A stretch of 64,000 bases of DNA from Patescibacteria group bacterium. Its GTDB lineage: Bacteria; Patescibacteriota; Minisyncoccia; 2-02-FULL-40-12. The notes under the pieces are model-generated. The model had not been told where the DNA came from. It worked only from the letters and a program-made list of their open reading frames with translations, and did no database searches. Where the stretch lies: the NCBI GenBank assembly GCA_038062015.1, contig JBBTXZ010000002.1:1266-65265 (forward strand). Direction: 5' to 3'. A program made the position numbers and the translations under genes. Shown piece after piece: positions 6,897 to 18,848 of this stretch; within the stretch, counting starts at the first letter, position 1; each line of letters begins with the position of its first letter.

Positions 6897-9662
6897 TTAT
6901 TTTCCATGGCATTTCTTAAACTTCTTTTTTGAACCGCACCAGCAGGGGTCGTTCCGGCCTAATGACGCTGATCTTTGCGGATTAGGTGCCGACTGACGCG
7001 GGATATTCTCTGAGTTTATCCGCATAGTTTCCGCACCTGTCCGCGATTGGATGCTGACTTTAAAAATCATATTCACCACCTGAAATTTTATTGATTTTAA
7101 TAACTGCTCGAACATCTTCTGCCCCTCGATCCGGTACTCAACCAATGGGTCGCGCTGGCCGTAAGCCCGCAAACTGACCGAGTTTCTCAAATAATCCATT
7201 GCTTCCAGATGATCAACCCAAAGTTCGTCAATCACCCGAAGCAAAACGAATTTTTCAAGCTGACGCATAATCTCTTCACCAACTTGTTTTTCTTTTTCAG
7301 AATATGCTTTTTCAAAAGTTTCCAAAATATCTTGTTTTAAGTTTTCTTTATTTTGAATTTGATTTAAAATTGAAAATTTAAAATTTAAAATTGCGCTTAC
7401 CGTTTCTTCTATCTCCCTCACATTCCACTCCGGCCCGGCAGTATGAATTTCTACTAATTCATTAACCACTCCTTCAATATAGTTTAGAATTTTAGATTTT
7501 GGTCTTTGGATTTCATCTGGATTTTGCCCGGCCTTCGCAGCCGAAGCTGCTTCGGCGGAGTGGGCGATTTTGTCATTGGTCATTACAATTTCTCGCCGCA
7601 GGCGATAAATTGTCTCCCGGTGCTTATTCATTACATTATCAAATTCCAAAACATATTTTCGGGCGTCAAAATGATGACCTTCAATTTTGCTTTGGGCCTG
7701 TTCAATTGCCCGACTGACAAAATTATGTTCAATCGGTTGATCTTCCGGAAAGCCGAGCCGTTCCATCAATCCTTTAATTCTTTCCCCGCCGAAAATCCTG
7801 ATAACTTCGTCTTCCAAAGAGACAAAAAATTGGCTTGAACCTTGATCACCCTGTCTTCCGGACCGGCCCCGAAGCTGATTATCAATCCGTCGCGCTTCGT
7901 GTCTTTCTGTTCCAATTACATGTAATCCGCCACTCTGGCGAACTAGATGCTGGGCACTGGAATCTGACGGATTACCTCCTAAAATAATATCTACTCCCCT
8001 GCCGGCCATATTGGTCGCCACCGTAACCTGGCCGAAGCGACCGGCTTGAGCAATAATCTGACCTTCTGACTCATGGTTTTTGGCGTTTAAAACATTATGC
8101 GGGATTCCTTCTCTCTTCAGCATCGCCGAAAGCAGTTCGTTTTTTTCAATCGAAACCGTGCCCACCAAAATTGGCTGGCCCCTTGAATGCCTTTCCTTAA
8201 TTTCTTCAACCACGGCTTTCCATTTGGCGCTTACGGTTTTATAAATCCGGTCAGGTAAATTTCCCCTTATCATCGGCATATTAGTCGGCACCTTGATAAC
8301 GTCAATATTATAAACTTTATGGAATTCCTCGGAAGATGTGGCCGCGGTTCCGGTCATGCCGGCCAATTTTTTATACATCCGAAAATAATTCTGGAAAGTG
8401 ATTGTGGCCAGAGTCCGCGATTCTTTCTGAACCGCCACGCCTTCTTTTGCTTCCACGGCTTGATGAAGCCCTTCTGACCAGCGCCGGCCCGGCAACAGGC
8501 GCCCCGTGAATTCATCAACGATTATCACTTCGCCGTTTTTTACCACATAGTCGCGGTCGCGCTTAAATAAAACATGGGCTTTTAAAGCCTCTTCAAGATG
8601 GTGAACGTGACGCATTCCAGCCTGATCATAGATATTCTGGAGGCCAAGTATTTTTTCAACTTTATCAATTCCGGCATCGGTAATGGTCACGGCCTTCAGT
8701 TTTTCATCAATGTTATAATCTTCGTTTTCATGAAGCCCCGGCGCGACTTTGGCAAAAGTTTTATAAAGTTCTCCTGATTCGGCGTCGGGGCTAGATATAA
8801 TTAATGGCGTCCTGGCTTCATCGATTAAAATTGAGTCAACCTCATCAACAATAACAAAGTTATGTCCAGCTTCCGGCCTCTGGCTCATCTGGTCTCTAGA
8901 GTAAGCCATATTATCCCGGAGATAATCAAATCCGAATTCGTTGTTGGTGCCGTAAGTTATATCCGCTTCATAGGCCTCGCGCCTTGTGACCGGTCTTAAA
9001 AATTCATGAACTATCTTAAACGCTCCTTGAGTATCTCTGACTTTATCTAAATTGTTTTGTTCATTTGGATTTTGGATTTTATTTGAAATTTGCCCGGCCT
9101 TCGCAGCCGAAACTGCTTCGGCGGAGTAGGCGATTTTGTCATTTGGAATTTGTGTATGACTCGGGTCATAAATATAACTCGCATCATGATTAATACCGCC
9201 GACACTCATCCCTAACGCATTATAAATCTGCCCCATCCAGACCGTGTCGCGCCGGGCCAGATAGTCGTTAACAGTAATGACATGAACTCCTTTTCCCAAC
9301 AAAGAATTCAAATAAACCGCCAGAGTCGCGGTCAAAGTCTTTCCCTCACCGGTTTTCATTTCGGCAATCTTGCCTTGATGCAAAACAATTCCGCCAATTA
9401 ACTGAACATCAAAGTGGCGCTGGCCCAAGGTTCTTTTTGCCGCCTCGCGGACTACCGCAAAAGATTCAGGTAATAAATCATCTAACAGCTCACCGCCATT
9501 GAGCCGTTGCTTAAATTCTTCTGTTTTTTCTTTTAGTTGAGTATCTGAAAACTGCTTGTATTCATTCTCAAGCTTATTTATCTTTTCAACCAGCGGCTGA
9601 ACCTTTTTTAGGTATCGTTCATTAGCATCGCCAAAAAGTTTCCCGAATATTGACATTGCCAA
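6897..9662 (-). CDS. secA: preprotein translocase ATPase SecA
   Basis: MKTGEGKTLTATL Walker A, ITYGTNNEFGFDYLRDNM, TERHEARRIDNQLRGRSGRQGD, C-terminal Zn finger GRNDPCWCGSKKKFKKCHGK; 921 aa. Confidence 0.9.
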   Translation of the reverse strand: MAMSIFGKLFGDANERYLKKVQPLVEKINKLENEYKQFSDTQLKEKTEEFKQRLNGGELLDDLLPESFAVVREAAKRTLGQRHFDVQLIGGIVLHQGKIAEMKTGEGKTLTATLAVYLNSLLGKGVHVITVNDYLARRDTVWMGQIYNALGMSVGGINHDASYIYDPSHTQIPNDKIAYSAEAVSAAKAGQISNKIQNPNEQNNLDKVRDTQGAFKIVHEFLRPVTRREAYEADITYGTNNEFGFDYLRDNMAYSRDQMSQRPEAGHNFVIVDEVDSILIDEARTPLIISSPDAESGELYKTFAKVAPGLHENEDYNIDEKLKAVTITDAGIDKVEKILGLQNIYDQAGMRHVHHLEEALKAHVLFKRDRDYVVKNGEVIIVDEFTGRLLPGRRWSEGLHQAVEAKEGVAVQKESRTLATITFQNYFRMYKKLAGMTGTAATSSEEFHKVYNIDVIKVPTNMPMIRGNLPDRIYKTVSAKWKAVVEEIKERHSRGQPILVGTVSIEKNELLSAMLKREGIPHNVLNAKNHESEGQIIAQAGRFGQVTVATNMAGRGVDIILGGNPSDSSAQHLVRQSGGLHVIGTERHEARRIDNQLRGRSGRQGDQGSSQFFVSLEDEVIRIFGGERIKGLMERLGFPEDQPIEHNFVSRAIEQAQSKIEGHHFDARKYVLEFDNVMNKHRETIYRLRREIVMTNDKIAHSAEAASAAKAGQNPDEIQRPKSKILNYIEGVVNELVEIHTAGPEWNVREIEETVSAILNFKFSILNQIQNKENLKQDILETFEKAYSEKEKQVGEEIMRQLEKFVLLRVIDELWVDHLEAMDYLRNSVSLRAYGQRDPLVEYRIEGQKMFEQLLKSIKFQVVNMIFKVSIQSRTGAETMRINSENIPRQSAPNPQRSASLGRNDPCWCGSKKKFKKCHGK
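7505..7580. repeat. copy 1 of an in-frame ~56-80 bp repeat inside secA (encodes NDKIAHSAEAASAAKAGQ...)
   Basis: near-identical to 9070..9146 (core tttgcccggccttcgcagccgaaRctgcttcggcggagtRggcgattttgtcatt, 2 mismatches); contains the palindrome gccgaagc-t-gcttcggc. Confidence 0.6.
9070..9146. repeat. copy 2 of the in-frame repeat inside secA (encodes NDKIAYSAEAVSAAKAGQ...)
   Basis: see copy 1; located in the NBD1 region just before the conserved REAYxADITYGTNNE block. Confidence 0.6.
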
Positions 9663-9683
9663 AAAATCTTAACAGAAAATGGG

Positions 9684-11389
<1,706 letters not shown>

Positions 11390-11390
<1 letters not shown>

Positions 11391-13633
11391 TATCTAAGAG
11401 AATTTATAAAATCCTGGGCTTCCTTGGCAAAAGAAGGATCAATTATGGCTGCGGCTTGAGCTTCTTTAATAGCTTTATCTCTCTCCCCTATTTCCCGATA
11501 AGCCACCGCCAAAGAGGCGTGATACTGGGGATCTTTAGGATTAATTTTTATCAAAGCCTCGTAAACTTCGGCAACTTTATGGAAATCCTTTAAGTTGAAG
11601 TAAATATCCAGCATCCTCAAGGCGTCAGTTTCAGTTGATTTATAATTATATTCTGATTTTTCTATAATCTCGGCGCCCTTTCGAAGCTGACCGGCCTGGG
11701 CGGTGGTAATTCCTAAATACCAATGGGAAAGCCCGACTTCCGGATTCAACTCAACTACTTTTTCAAACCACTCTATCGCTTTTTGGTAGTCTTTTTTATT
11801 GAGATAAGCCTGGGCGATTTCGTAATAAGTTCTTACAAAGGTCGGAGAAACTTCAAAAGCTTTGAGGCTGTACTCTAAAGCAGTATCATTGTGAGGCGAT
11901 TCCGGATCGCTTTTGCCAAGGATAATGTAAAGACGGCTTAAATACAGATAAGGAAGATAATCCTCTGGCGATTCTTCGGCGTTCTTTTTGATGTTTTCAA
12001 TAGCCGTGAAAAGACGATCCTGATTCTTTTTATCTATTGCTGAAGCGGCGTTGGTCCTTTCAAGAATATACTGGCCGTAACGGTGGCGTATTTCGTACTT
12101 CCCGAAAGTGTTATAGCTCATTGCTTTATTGAATTTTTCAAAAGCCAAATCATTATCCCCCGCCCAGGAAGCGATAATGCCTCTAGTGGTGGCATAGTTT
12201 GCCCGAGCCGGTCGGATTTCGAAAAAATAAATCGAAAACCCGACTAAAACCGCTAAAATCAGGCCAATGACATTCGCCTCCAAAAACATTCTGGTCTTTA
12301 AATTTTCGGGCGTCGGCCCCGCTGAGCGGGGCGCCGGTTTAAGATTACGGGCTGTTAAAAAATTAATAAATCCGATGACTAGGAAAAACATGATGTAATT
12401 GGCTGAAGTGTCAAAAATGAAGGCGTTATGGATTGCGTAAGCGACTAAGGCGGAGATCAGGCCGATTTTAAAAACTTTGTTTTCAGCGGTGTCATTTAGT
12501 TTTCTAACGACCTGAAAAGCCAGGATAAAAATTAAAATATAGGCGATAAAACCAATTATCCCCATGGTAAAAAGAATTTCCAAAAACTGGTTATGGGCCC
12601 GGTCAAAAAGAGTTTCCGAACCAAGTCCCCGGAAAAACTTGGGATTAAAATGTTTTGAAAAAGGGACGTTGAACATTTCCGGCCCCCAGCCAAAAACCAT
12701 TGTTTTTAAAGAATCATTCCAGCCGTCAAAGCCGGCTTGCCAGGCCCAGAAACGGGTTTGGACAGTAAAAGACTTGGGCGAAATATCGGCGTAACGGGAC
12801 AAATAGTGGCTTTCTTTTACAAATTCGGTATTCCGCAAAGAATATAAAATTCCAGCAGTAGTAATTACCAATACTAAGAAATAAATGGTGTATTTTTTGA
12901 TTTTCGCTGAGCCAAAATCAAATGAATAAAACAAACCGAAAACAATAATTCCGGTTATCACTCCCAAAACTGATCCCCTGACTCCAGTCATTAAAACCGC
13001 CAAAACGCCGATAAGAAAAACAAACCCGTAAAAATATTTTTCGTTCTTTGAGTTGGCCGGCCGGAAATAAAGCATCAAAGCTAAAAAAGCGTTGACGATC
13101 ATATAGCCGGCAAACAGGGCCGGATTGCCGATGGTCCCGAAAATTTTATTCCGGCCGCCGGAGCCGATTACCCACTTCAAATCGGTTTTCTGCAAAAATC
13201 CGTAAAAAGCCGAGAGCAAGCTGGCTACCAGAGAAAGTTTGATAAAGGTCAGCCAATCTTCTTTTTTTCTTAAAACTGCGGTAGCCATCACAAAAAACAG
13301 CCAAAAGTGGAAAAAACTAAACCAGCCACCCATCCGTTCAAGAGTCCCGAAAAAGCTTTGATAAAAATTGACGCTGGTAAAAGTGGTTAAACCGAAAGCC
13401 AGAGTAAAAAGAGTAACCGCCCAAAATAAAGGGGTCCGGGGCGGAAGATAAGCCTTTCCTTTTTGAATCAGCAAAATAACATAAAAAACGGCTAAAATTT
13501 CAACTAAAGAACGAAAAACAAGCACCTTCCCGAAATGGAAAGGAGACATAAACTCGCTGAATATCACCAAAGGAATCAAAGCTGAAAGATAGATTCCGTA
13601 TTTTATGATATTTTCCAGATTGACTTTAGGCAT
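11390..13633 (-). CDS. O-antigen ligase/polymerase-like (Wzy_C-type) polytopic membrane protein with C-terminal TPR repeats
   Basis: about 10 predicted TM helices in the first ~450 aa; C-terminal TPR-like repeats (YYEIAQAYLNKKDYQKAIEWFEKVVELNP...); 747 aa. Confidence 0.45.
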
Positions 13634-13659
13634 GGCTTTATGATATTTAAAGTTTAGTT

Positions 13660-15021
13660 ATGAAGCGACTTTTTCTTTTCTTAGGTGATGTTTTAATCCT
13701 TTATCTTTCTCTTTATTTAACCTTGTTTTTCCGATACGGAAGTAATTTCAGTTCTCAAATTTCCATCCATCTTCTCCCCTTCTCTCTGCTTTTCATCTTC
13801 TGGATTATTGTTTTTTACATTGCCGGGCTTTATGAACTTAATTTATCAAAAAATCTGCCCGACTTCTATTCTTCCCTATTCAAATCAATTGCTATTTCTA
13901 TAGCTTTATCCGTAATTTTTTTCTACCTGATCACTATTGAAATAGTCCAAATCGCTCCTAGAAGAAATCTTTTGATATATCTTGCCGTCTTCACCGGTCT
14001 TATCTCTCTATGGCGCTACCTTTACAACCGGCTCTTGGAAAAAACCTTTAAAAATAATACCATCATCGTCGGTTTTGATCAAATTTCTTTTGAGTTCGCC
14101 AAGTTTTTAAACCGCAATCCCCAGTACGGCTACAATTTAAGGTACGCCTTTGATATTTCCGAACAGGCCGCCTTTTCTTTCCGGGACATTGATTTCAGAC
14201 AACTTCGGGGGACGAGAGATATGGAAAGAATCTTGAACGACGAACATATCAATACCATAATTTTGAGTCCGGAGGCTTACCGCCTCCCCAACATTATAGA
14301 TTTTTTCTACAAAGCCAGCAAAAAAGGAATCCAGTTTGTGAATCTAGCCACGGCTTATGAAAGAATTCTCAAAAAAGTGCCTCTGGAAGCGATCAGCCAG
14401 CTCTGGTTTTTGGAAAAAGTTTCCCGGGCGGAAAAAAGATTTTATGAATTCGTGAAACGGTTGATTGATATAGTTTTATCTTTAATCGGCTTGGCCGCTT
14501 TAATCGTAATTTTTCCATTTGCCGGTTCGGCAATAAAACTTACATCGCCTGGACCCCTATTTTACAGGCAAAAAAGAATCGGAAAAGGCGGAAAAATTTT
14601 TGAAGTCATAAAATTCAGAACAATGATGGATGAAGCCGAAAAAAACGGAGCGGTCTGGGCCACAAAAGATGATCATAGAGTCACTAAGTTCGGCCGGTTT
14701 TTAAGAAAAACAAGACTGGACGAATTGCCTCAAGTTTTAAACATTCTAAAAGGAGAAATGTCTGTTGTCGGTCCACGCGCTGAACGGCCAGAATTCGTCG
14801 AAAAATTTAAAAAGGAAATACCATTTTATGAAGAAAGGCTTCTGGTTCGTCCAGGCCTTTCAGGCTGGGCCCAGATTAATTACGGCAAAGACTTGAATCA
14901 ATCTGATACTAAAGAAAAACTCCAGTACGATTTGTATTATATTAAAAACAGATCTCTCACTATTGACTTAGCAGTAATTCTTAAAACGATTAAAACTGTT
15001 TTATCGGCAACAGGCTGGTAA
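13660..15021 (+). CDS. polyprenyl-phosphate hexose-1-phosphate transferase (bacterial sugar transferase, WbaP/WcaJ family)
   Basis: N-terminal TM bundle; C-terminal PF02397-like block PLFYRQKRIGKGGKIFEVIKFRTM...VGPRAERPEF...LLVRPGLSGWAQIN. Confidence 0.85.
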   Translation: MKRLFLFLGDVLILYLSLYLTLFFRYGSNFSSQISIHLLPFSLLFIFWIIVFYIAGLYELNLSKNLPDFYSSLFKSIAISIALSVIFFYLITIEIVQIAPRRNLLIYLAVFTGLISLWRYLYNRLLEKTFKNNTIIVGFDQISFEFAKFLNRNPQYGYNLRYAFDISEQAAFSFRDIDFRQLRGTRDMERILNDEHINTIILSPEAYRLPNIIDFFYKASKKGIQFVNLATAYERILKKVPLEAISQLWFLEKVSRAEKRFYEFVKRLIDIVLSLIGLAALIVIFPFAGSAIKLTSPGPLFYRQKRIGKGGKIFEVIKFRTMMDEAEKNGAVWATKDDHRVTKFGRFLRKTRLDELPQVLNILKGEMSVVGPRAERPEFVEKFKKEIPFYEERLLVRPGLSGWAQINYGKDLNQSDTKEKLQYDLYYIKNRSLTIDLAVILKTIKTVLSATGW

Positions 15022-15125
15022 GTCCTCGGAGGGGGCTTCGCCCCCTTCCGACACTCGCTCCGCTCGTTGCCTCCCCCGATTTCGCCTGTTGTCGGTGCAG
15101 CGGCTCCTCCAACGGCGAAATCTAA
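15022..15125 (+). other. GC-rich structured element (two strong hairpins) immediately after the sugar-transferase stop
   Basis: ggagggggcTTCGcccccttcc and gatttcgcctgttg...caacggcgaaatc; about 65% GC in a ~38% GC context; no tRNA or known ncRNA hallmarks seen. Confidence 0.3.
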
Positions 15126-15218
15126 GAAACTTATCAACAATTTCTTATTTACTTCTTTTTTGGTTTTTCTAAAATTAAATCAGCACTTCTAACTTCGCGT
15201 TCATTTTGGAAAGGAAAG

Positions 15219-15410
15219 TTGAAAAGAATGGAAAGAATGGACAAAAATTCTGAAATCGCCGCGAAGCCGTCAGCACCCACCAAAGGAATTCCGTCACTCC
15301 CACAAAAAACGAAGCCAAGAAGAATTCACCATCACTACGAGATGGAAGAAACGCCAGAAGCTTCTTCCCCTAGTCGCGGCAGTATCAGCCGCGATCCAAG
15401 AATGGAGTGA
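15219..15410 (+). CDS. possible small disordered protein (about 60 aa) or ncRNA within a short terminated transcription unit
   Basis: RBS-like aaggaaag about 10 nt before ATG 15228; product rich in P/S/K/E/R with no fold signal; unit ends at the 15428..15461 terminator. Confidence 0.2.
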   Translation: MKRMERMDKNSEIAAKPSAPTKGIPSLPQKTKPRRIHHHYEMEETPEASSPSRGSISRDPRME

Positions 15411-15427
15411 CTGATTCCGAACAAAAA

Positions 15428-15461
15428 ACGGGACCCTAACCAAGTCCCGTATTCTTTTTTG
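15428..15461 (+). terminator. rho-independent terminator
   Basis: acgggac-cctaaccaa-gtcccgt hairpin followed by attctttttt. Confidence 0.5.
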
Positions 15462-15702
15462 TTTATTCTTCAAAAGTTTCGTCAATCATCTGGCAAATTA
15501 AAAGAGTTTACAATTTCTTCTCCCGCTGATTTAATGCTCTGAATTTGAGACCGGTTCAACAAACCGATTTTCGTTTCTATTGATTTTTTGATTAAGTCAA
15601 TAATATCCATAAATTGAAAAATTCTTATTTTTATGCTTCTATAAAGGTCGGCTCATCATAATACCTAACAGTTTAAAAAACAAGTTATCCAGCTAATTTA
15701 AA

Positions 15703-16989
15703 ATGCTTTCAAAAACAAAAAAAAGAGTTAATGATTTTTTGACCCAGCTTCAAGAATCTACCGGCATCGATATGCATTATATCGCCCGAGGCGGCGGCTG
15801 GTCTCTGTTTAGTTTTGTAATAAACTCTTCCCTTTCCTTAATCACGGCTGTTCTTTTTGCCAATCTTCTTCCAAAAGAAACATACGGAACTTATAAGTAT
15901 CTTCTTGCGATTGTAGGTTCAATTGGATTTTTGACTTTAACCGGAATGAATACGGCTGTTGTACAGGCTGTCTCCCGTGGTCAAGAAGGAGCGCTTCAAT
16001 TTTCAGTAAAACTTCAGCTGAAATGGAACCTGCTTCTTACTATTGCGGCGGTGGGAATCGGTTTATATTATCTTATAAAAGGAAATTTAATTTTCGCCTA
16101 TTCCATTTTTATTTTATCTGTTTTCTCCCCTCTTAACGCCACTCTAAATACTTACGGGGCATTTCTAGCCGGCAAAAAAGAATTCAGAAAAATTAATCTT
16201 TACGGTATCGCGGCCACTGTTTTTTTTGTCGGCCTAATGGCTGTTGTTTTAATTTTAACTGAAAATATAATCGCGTTAATAACGACCTACTCATTGGCTA
16301 CATTATTGCCAAAATTAATTTTCTACAGAAAGACCCTTAAAATTTTTCGGCCAAAAAAGATCCCCGAAGAAGAAAAGAAAAAACTTATTTCATACAGCGG
16401 CCATCTATCTTTAGTAAATGTTTTTTCCATCATATCCCAATATATAGATAAAATCGCCGTCTTTCAATTTTTAGGTCCCGTCCAGTTAGCAGTATACTCG
16501 TTTGCATTAGTAATGCCTGACAGAATCAAAGGTTTTTTAAAAAACGCAAGTGCAATTCTTATCTCTAAACTAGTCGAAAAAGAAATAAAGGAAATAAGAA
16601 AAGTGTTTTATAAGAGAGTTCTGCAGGGATTAGCTGTTGGAGCGACAATCAGTTTAGTTTATATACTTTTCGCTCCGATTATTTTTGGATTATTTTTCCC
16701 TAAGTATTTAGAATCTATAATTTACTCCCAAGTTTTATCTCTTTCTTTAGTTACTTTAATTCCGGCAATTTATATGGGCAGCGTATTCAGAAGCCATAAA
16801 ATGATCAGAATAATTTATCTAAGCAGTGCCGTTCCTCATATTGCCAGAATTATTTTATTTCTGACTTTGGGAAAAATCTGGGGAGTCTGGGGAATAATCT
16901 GGGCGGCTCTTTTAATCTCTGTTGTCGGCCCTTTCTATAATTTTCTGCTTTGGGGAATAGAAATGAGAAAACTTGAAAAATCCGGTTAA
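15703..16989 (+). CDS. Wzx-like oligosaccharide flippase (MOP/PST polysaccharide biosynthesis protein family)
   Basis: 428 aa, about 12 TM helices; N-terminal pattern typical of RfbX/Wzx proteins. Confidence 0.65.
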   Translation: MLSKTKKRVNDFLTQLQESTGIDMHYIARGGGWSLFSFVINSSLSLITAVLFANLLPKETYGTYKYLLAIVGSIGFLTLTGMNTAVVQAVSRGQEGALQFSVKLQLKWNLLLTIAAVGIGLYYLIKGNLIFAYSIFILSVFSPLNATLNTYGAFLAGKKEFRKINLYGIAATVFFVGLMAVVLILTENIIALITTYSLATLLPKLIFYRKTLKIFRPKKIPEEEKKKLISYSGHLSLVNVFSIISQYIDKIAVFQFLGPVQLAVYSFALVMPDRIKGFLKNASAILISKLVEKEIKEIRKVFYKRVLQGLAVGATISLVYILFAPIIFGLFFPKYLESIIYSQVLSLSLVTLIPAIYMGSVFRSHKMIRIIYLSSAVPHIARIILFLTLGKIWGVWGIIWAALLISVVGPFYNFLLWGIEMRKLEKSG

Positions 16990-16997
16990 TTCTATAC

Positions 16998-17891
16998 TTA
17001 TTGCAGCAACTTTCGCTTTAAAAATTTAAAAGTTTCGAGTTCTCTATAATCAACAAAAATTAAATGCCTTGGTTTAGTAGTCTTATGGGTACCCCGGCGA
17101 TGAAAGCCCATTGTATTTGCTATGACTAAGGTATTGGCTTTACCAGTAAACGGAATAACCTTCATCCCCTGTCTTTCAAGAGCTTCTCTCTCTACTTCCA
17201 TCGGCTCTTCTCCCTGGCGATTTCTAGACCACCGCCCAAAAGCTATACTCATTTTATATTCCATCCATAATCTTTTTAGGGTTAATTTTTGAGAGCCTCT
17301 GGCGTATTCAAAAGCGGCATTGCTATCGTCTATATCATTTAAATAATAAAGGCATTTAACCGTCGGATAGCTGACATCGAAATGAACCTGATCCTGAGTA
17401 TCAACGGCCCGCTTCCCGATATCTTCCTTATGGTAAAAAGTTTCTTCAAAGGAAACTTTTGGTTTAACTAAAATATCTTTGCCTAAAACAGCAGAAACAA
17501 TTTCATTGATGAAACTGTTGCTGGCTAAGTGTTTATCAAGAATAAAATTTGAATCCTTCTTATCATCCCTGACTAAAGCTGCTCGAGCCATATAGGGCGA
17601 CCGTTCGTTCATAATTTCTTTCTTTGCTTTATCACACTCATTTTTAATTTGTAAAAAAACCTCTTCCGGAAAAAAATTTGGAATAACGGCAATACCGTCA
17701 GCCATAATCTTTTCATAGATCGCTTTGCCTTGTTTGTCTTGAAGAAATTTTTTCCCCCGTAATCCATAAAAAGTATTAAAAACCAGAACTCTTAAGATAT
17801 GGTAGCCTAAAAGATTGGAAATGAATCCTCCCGCAAATCTGGGCGGGTAAGTATATAGTTTTTTAACCAGCGATTTAATAAATCCAATCAT
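16998..17891 (-). CDS. PhyH-like Fe(II)/2-oxoglutarate-dependent dioxygenase family protein
   Basis: H-x-D (HFDVSYPTV) and distal His (MGFHRRGTH) spacing typical of the PhyH fold; embedded in the sugar-modification operon. Confidence 0.4.
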   Translation of the reverse strand: MIGFIKSLVKKLYTYPPRFAGGFISNLLGYHILRVLVFNTFYGLRGKKFLQDKQGKAIYEKIMADGIAVIPNFFPEEVFLQIKNECDKAKKEIMNERSPYMARAALVRDDKKDSNFILDKHLASNSFINEIVSAVLGKDILVKPKVSFEETFYHKEDIGKRAVDTQDQVHFDVSYPTVKCLYYLNDIDDSNAAFEYARGSQKLTLKRLWMEYKMSIAFGRWSRNRQGEEPMEVEREALERQGMKVIPFTGKANTLVIANTMGFHRRGTHKTTKPRHLIFVDYRELETFKFLKRKLLQ

Positions 17892-17903
17892 TTTTTCAAT
17901 CTA

Positions 17904-18848
17904 TCACTGCTTGCTTTTATAAGCAATTAACAATGAAATCTCTTTGGGAAAATAATTTATTAAGCCGCTATAAACTTTATTTTCCTGAGATAGAATAAAC
18001 TTATGGCTGAATTTTGATTCTGGGAGTAATTTGTTAATTTTAGTTTGCACCCAAACCGGCATCACAGATAAAAATCTTTTGATAAACCGCTTATTTAATT
18101 TTGCCAAATAATAATTTTCGATCTTGGTAAAACCGGCCTTGTTAAAAAAATCATTCCAATCTTTCAAGCGATATTCTTTTTCTCCATTCATTCTTCTGGT
18201 AAATCTTTTATCTAAAGAAAAATCATATAACTTTTTGTCATTTTCGCTGTATTCCGTATCCAGTAATTCATTCAAGTCTTTTTCGGTAAAATAATCTGGA
18301 CGGGCTTTATCAAAACAAAAAATAAAACCGTCTTTTTTCAAGATTCTGAAGCATTCCTTAAGGGTTACAGCGAGATTATTTGAATGATGCAAAGAAAAGA
18401 AATCAAAAACAAAATCAACGGATTCATCAGGCAATTCCATATTGTCAAAACTGCCGATTACCCCTATGACTTTTTCTGATTTGCCGTTTAAAACATAGTC
18501 AGCAATTTTAGGCGCTAAGAGCTTTACTATCGGCTCACAAACTTCAACTGCATACATTTTTTCGATTGGTTTTCTTTTAGCTAAAACTGAACTAAAGGTC
18601 GCTGGACCAGCCCCAACTTCTAAACCAATCCCTTTTATTTTATTTTTTAAAAAATTATTTTCGACAAAATCAATTAGATTTTCCAAATCTTTTATTTCAA
18701 TATTCGGCGCTACTTTATCAAAAGTAATTTGTCGAATAATCGTAAGGGGTTCTTCATTTTTTAGGTCTAAAGCAAATTGAGTCCGATAATGCTCCTCGGT
18801 TTCCTTTTTTAATTCATCATTGATAGACCACTGAAGGATATTAAACAT
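17904..18848 (-). CDS. class I SAM-dependent methyltransferase
   Basis: motif I GLEVGAGPATF; motif post-I/II FDFFSLHH...LKKDGFIFCFD. Confidence 0.7.
   Translation of the reverse strand: MFNILQWSINDELKKETEEHYRTQFALDLKNEEPLTIIRQITFDKVAPNIEIKDLENLIDFVENNFLKNKIKGIGLEVGAGPATFSSVLAKRKPIEKMYAVEVCEPIVKLLAPKIADYVLNGKSEKVIGVIGSFDNMELPDESVDFVFDFFSLHHSNNLAVTLKECFRILKKDGFIFCFDKARPDYFTEKDLNELLDTEYSENDKKLYDFSLDKRFTRRMNGEKEYRLKDWNDFFNKAGFTKIENYYLAKLNKRFIKRFLSVMPVWVQTKINKLLPESKFSHKFILSQENKVYSGLINYFPKEISLLIAYKSKQ

Noticed and set aside
15022-15130. Considered a tRNA or tRNA-like element in the GC-rich hairpin block
   Set aside because: No GTTCRANYC T-loop, no D-loop consensus and no cloverleaf can be drawn; reads as two independent hairpins
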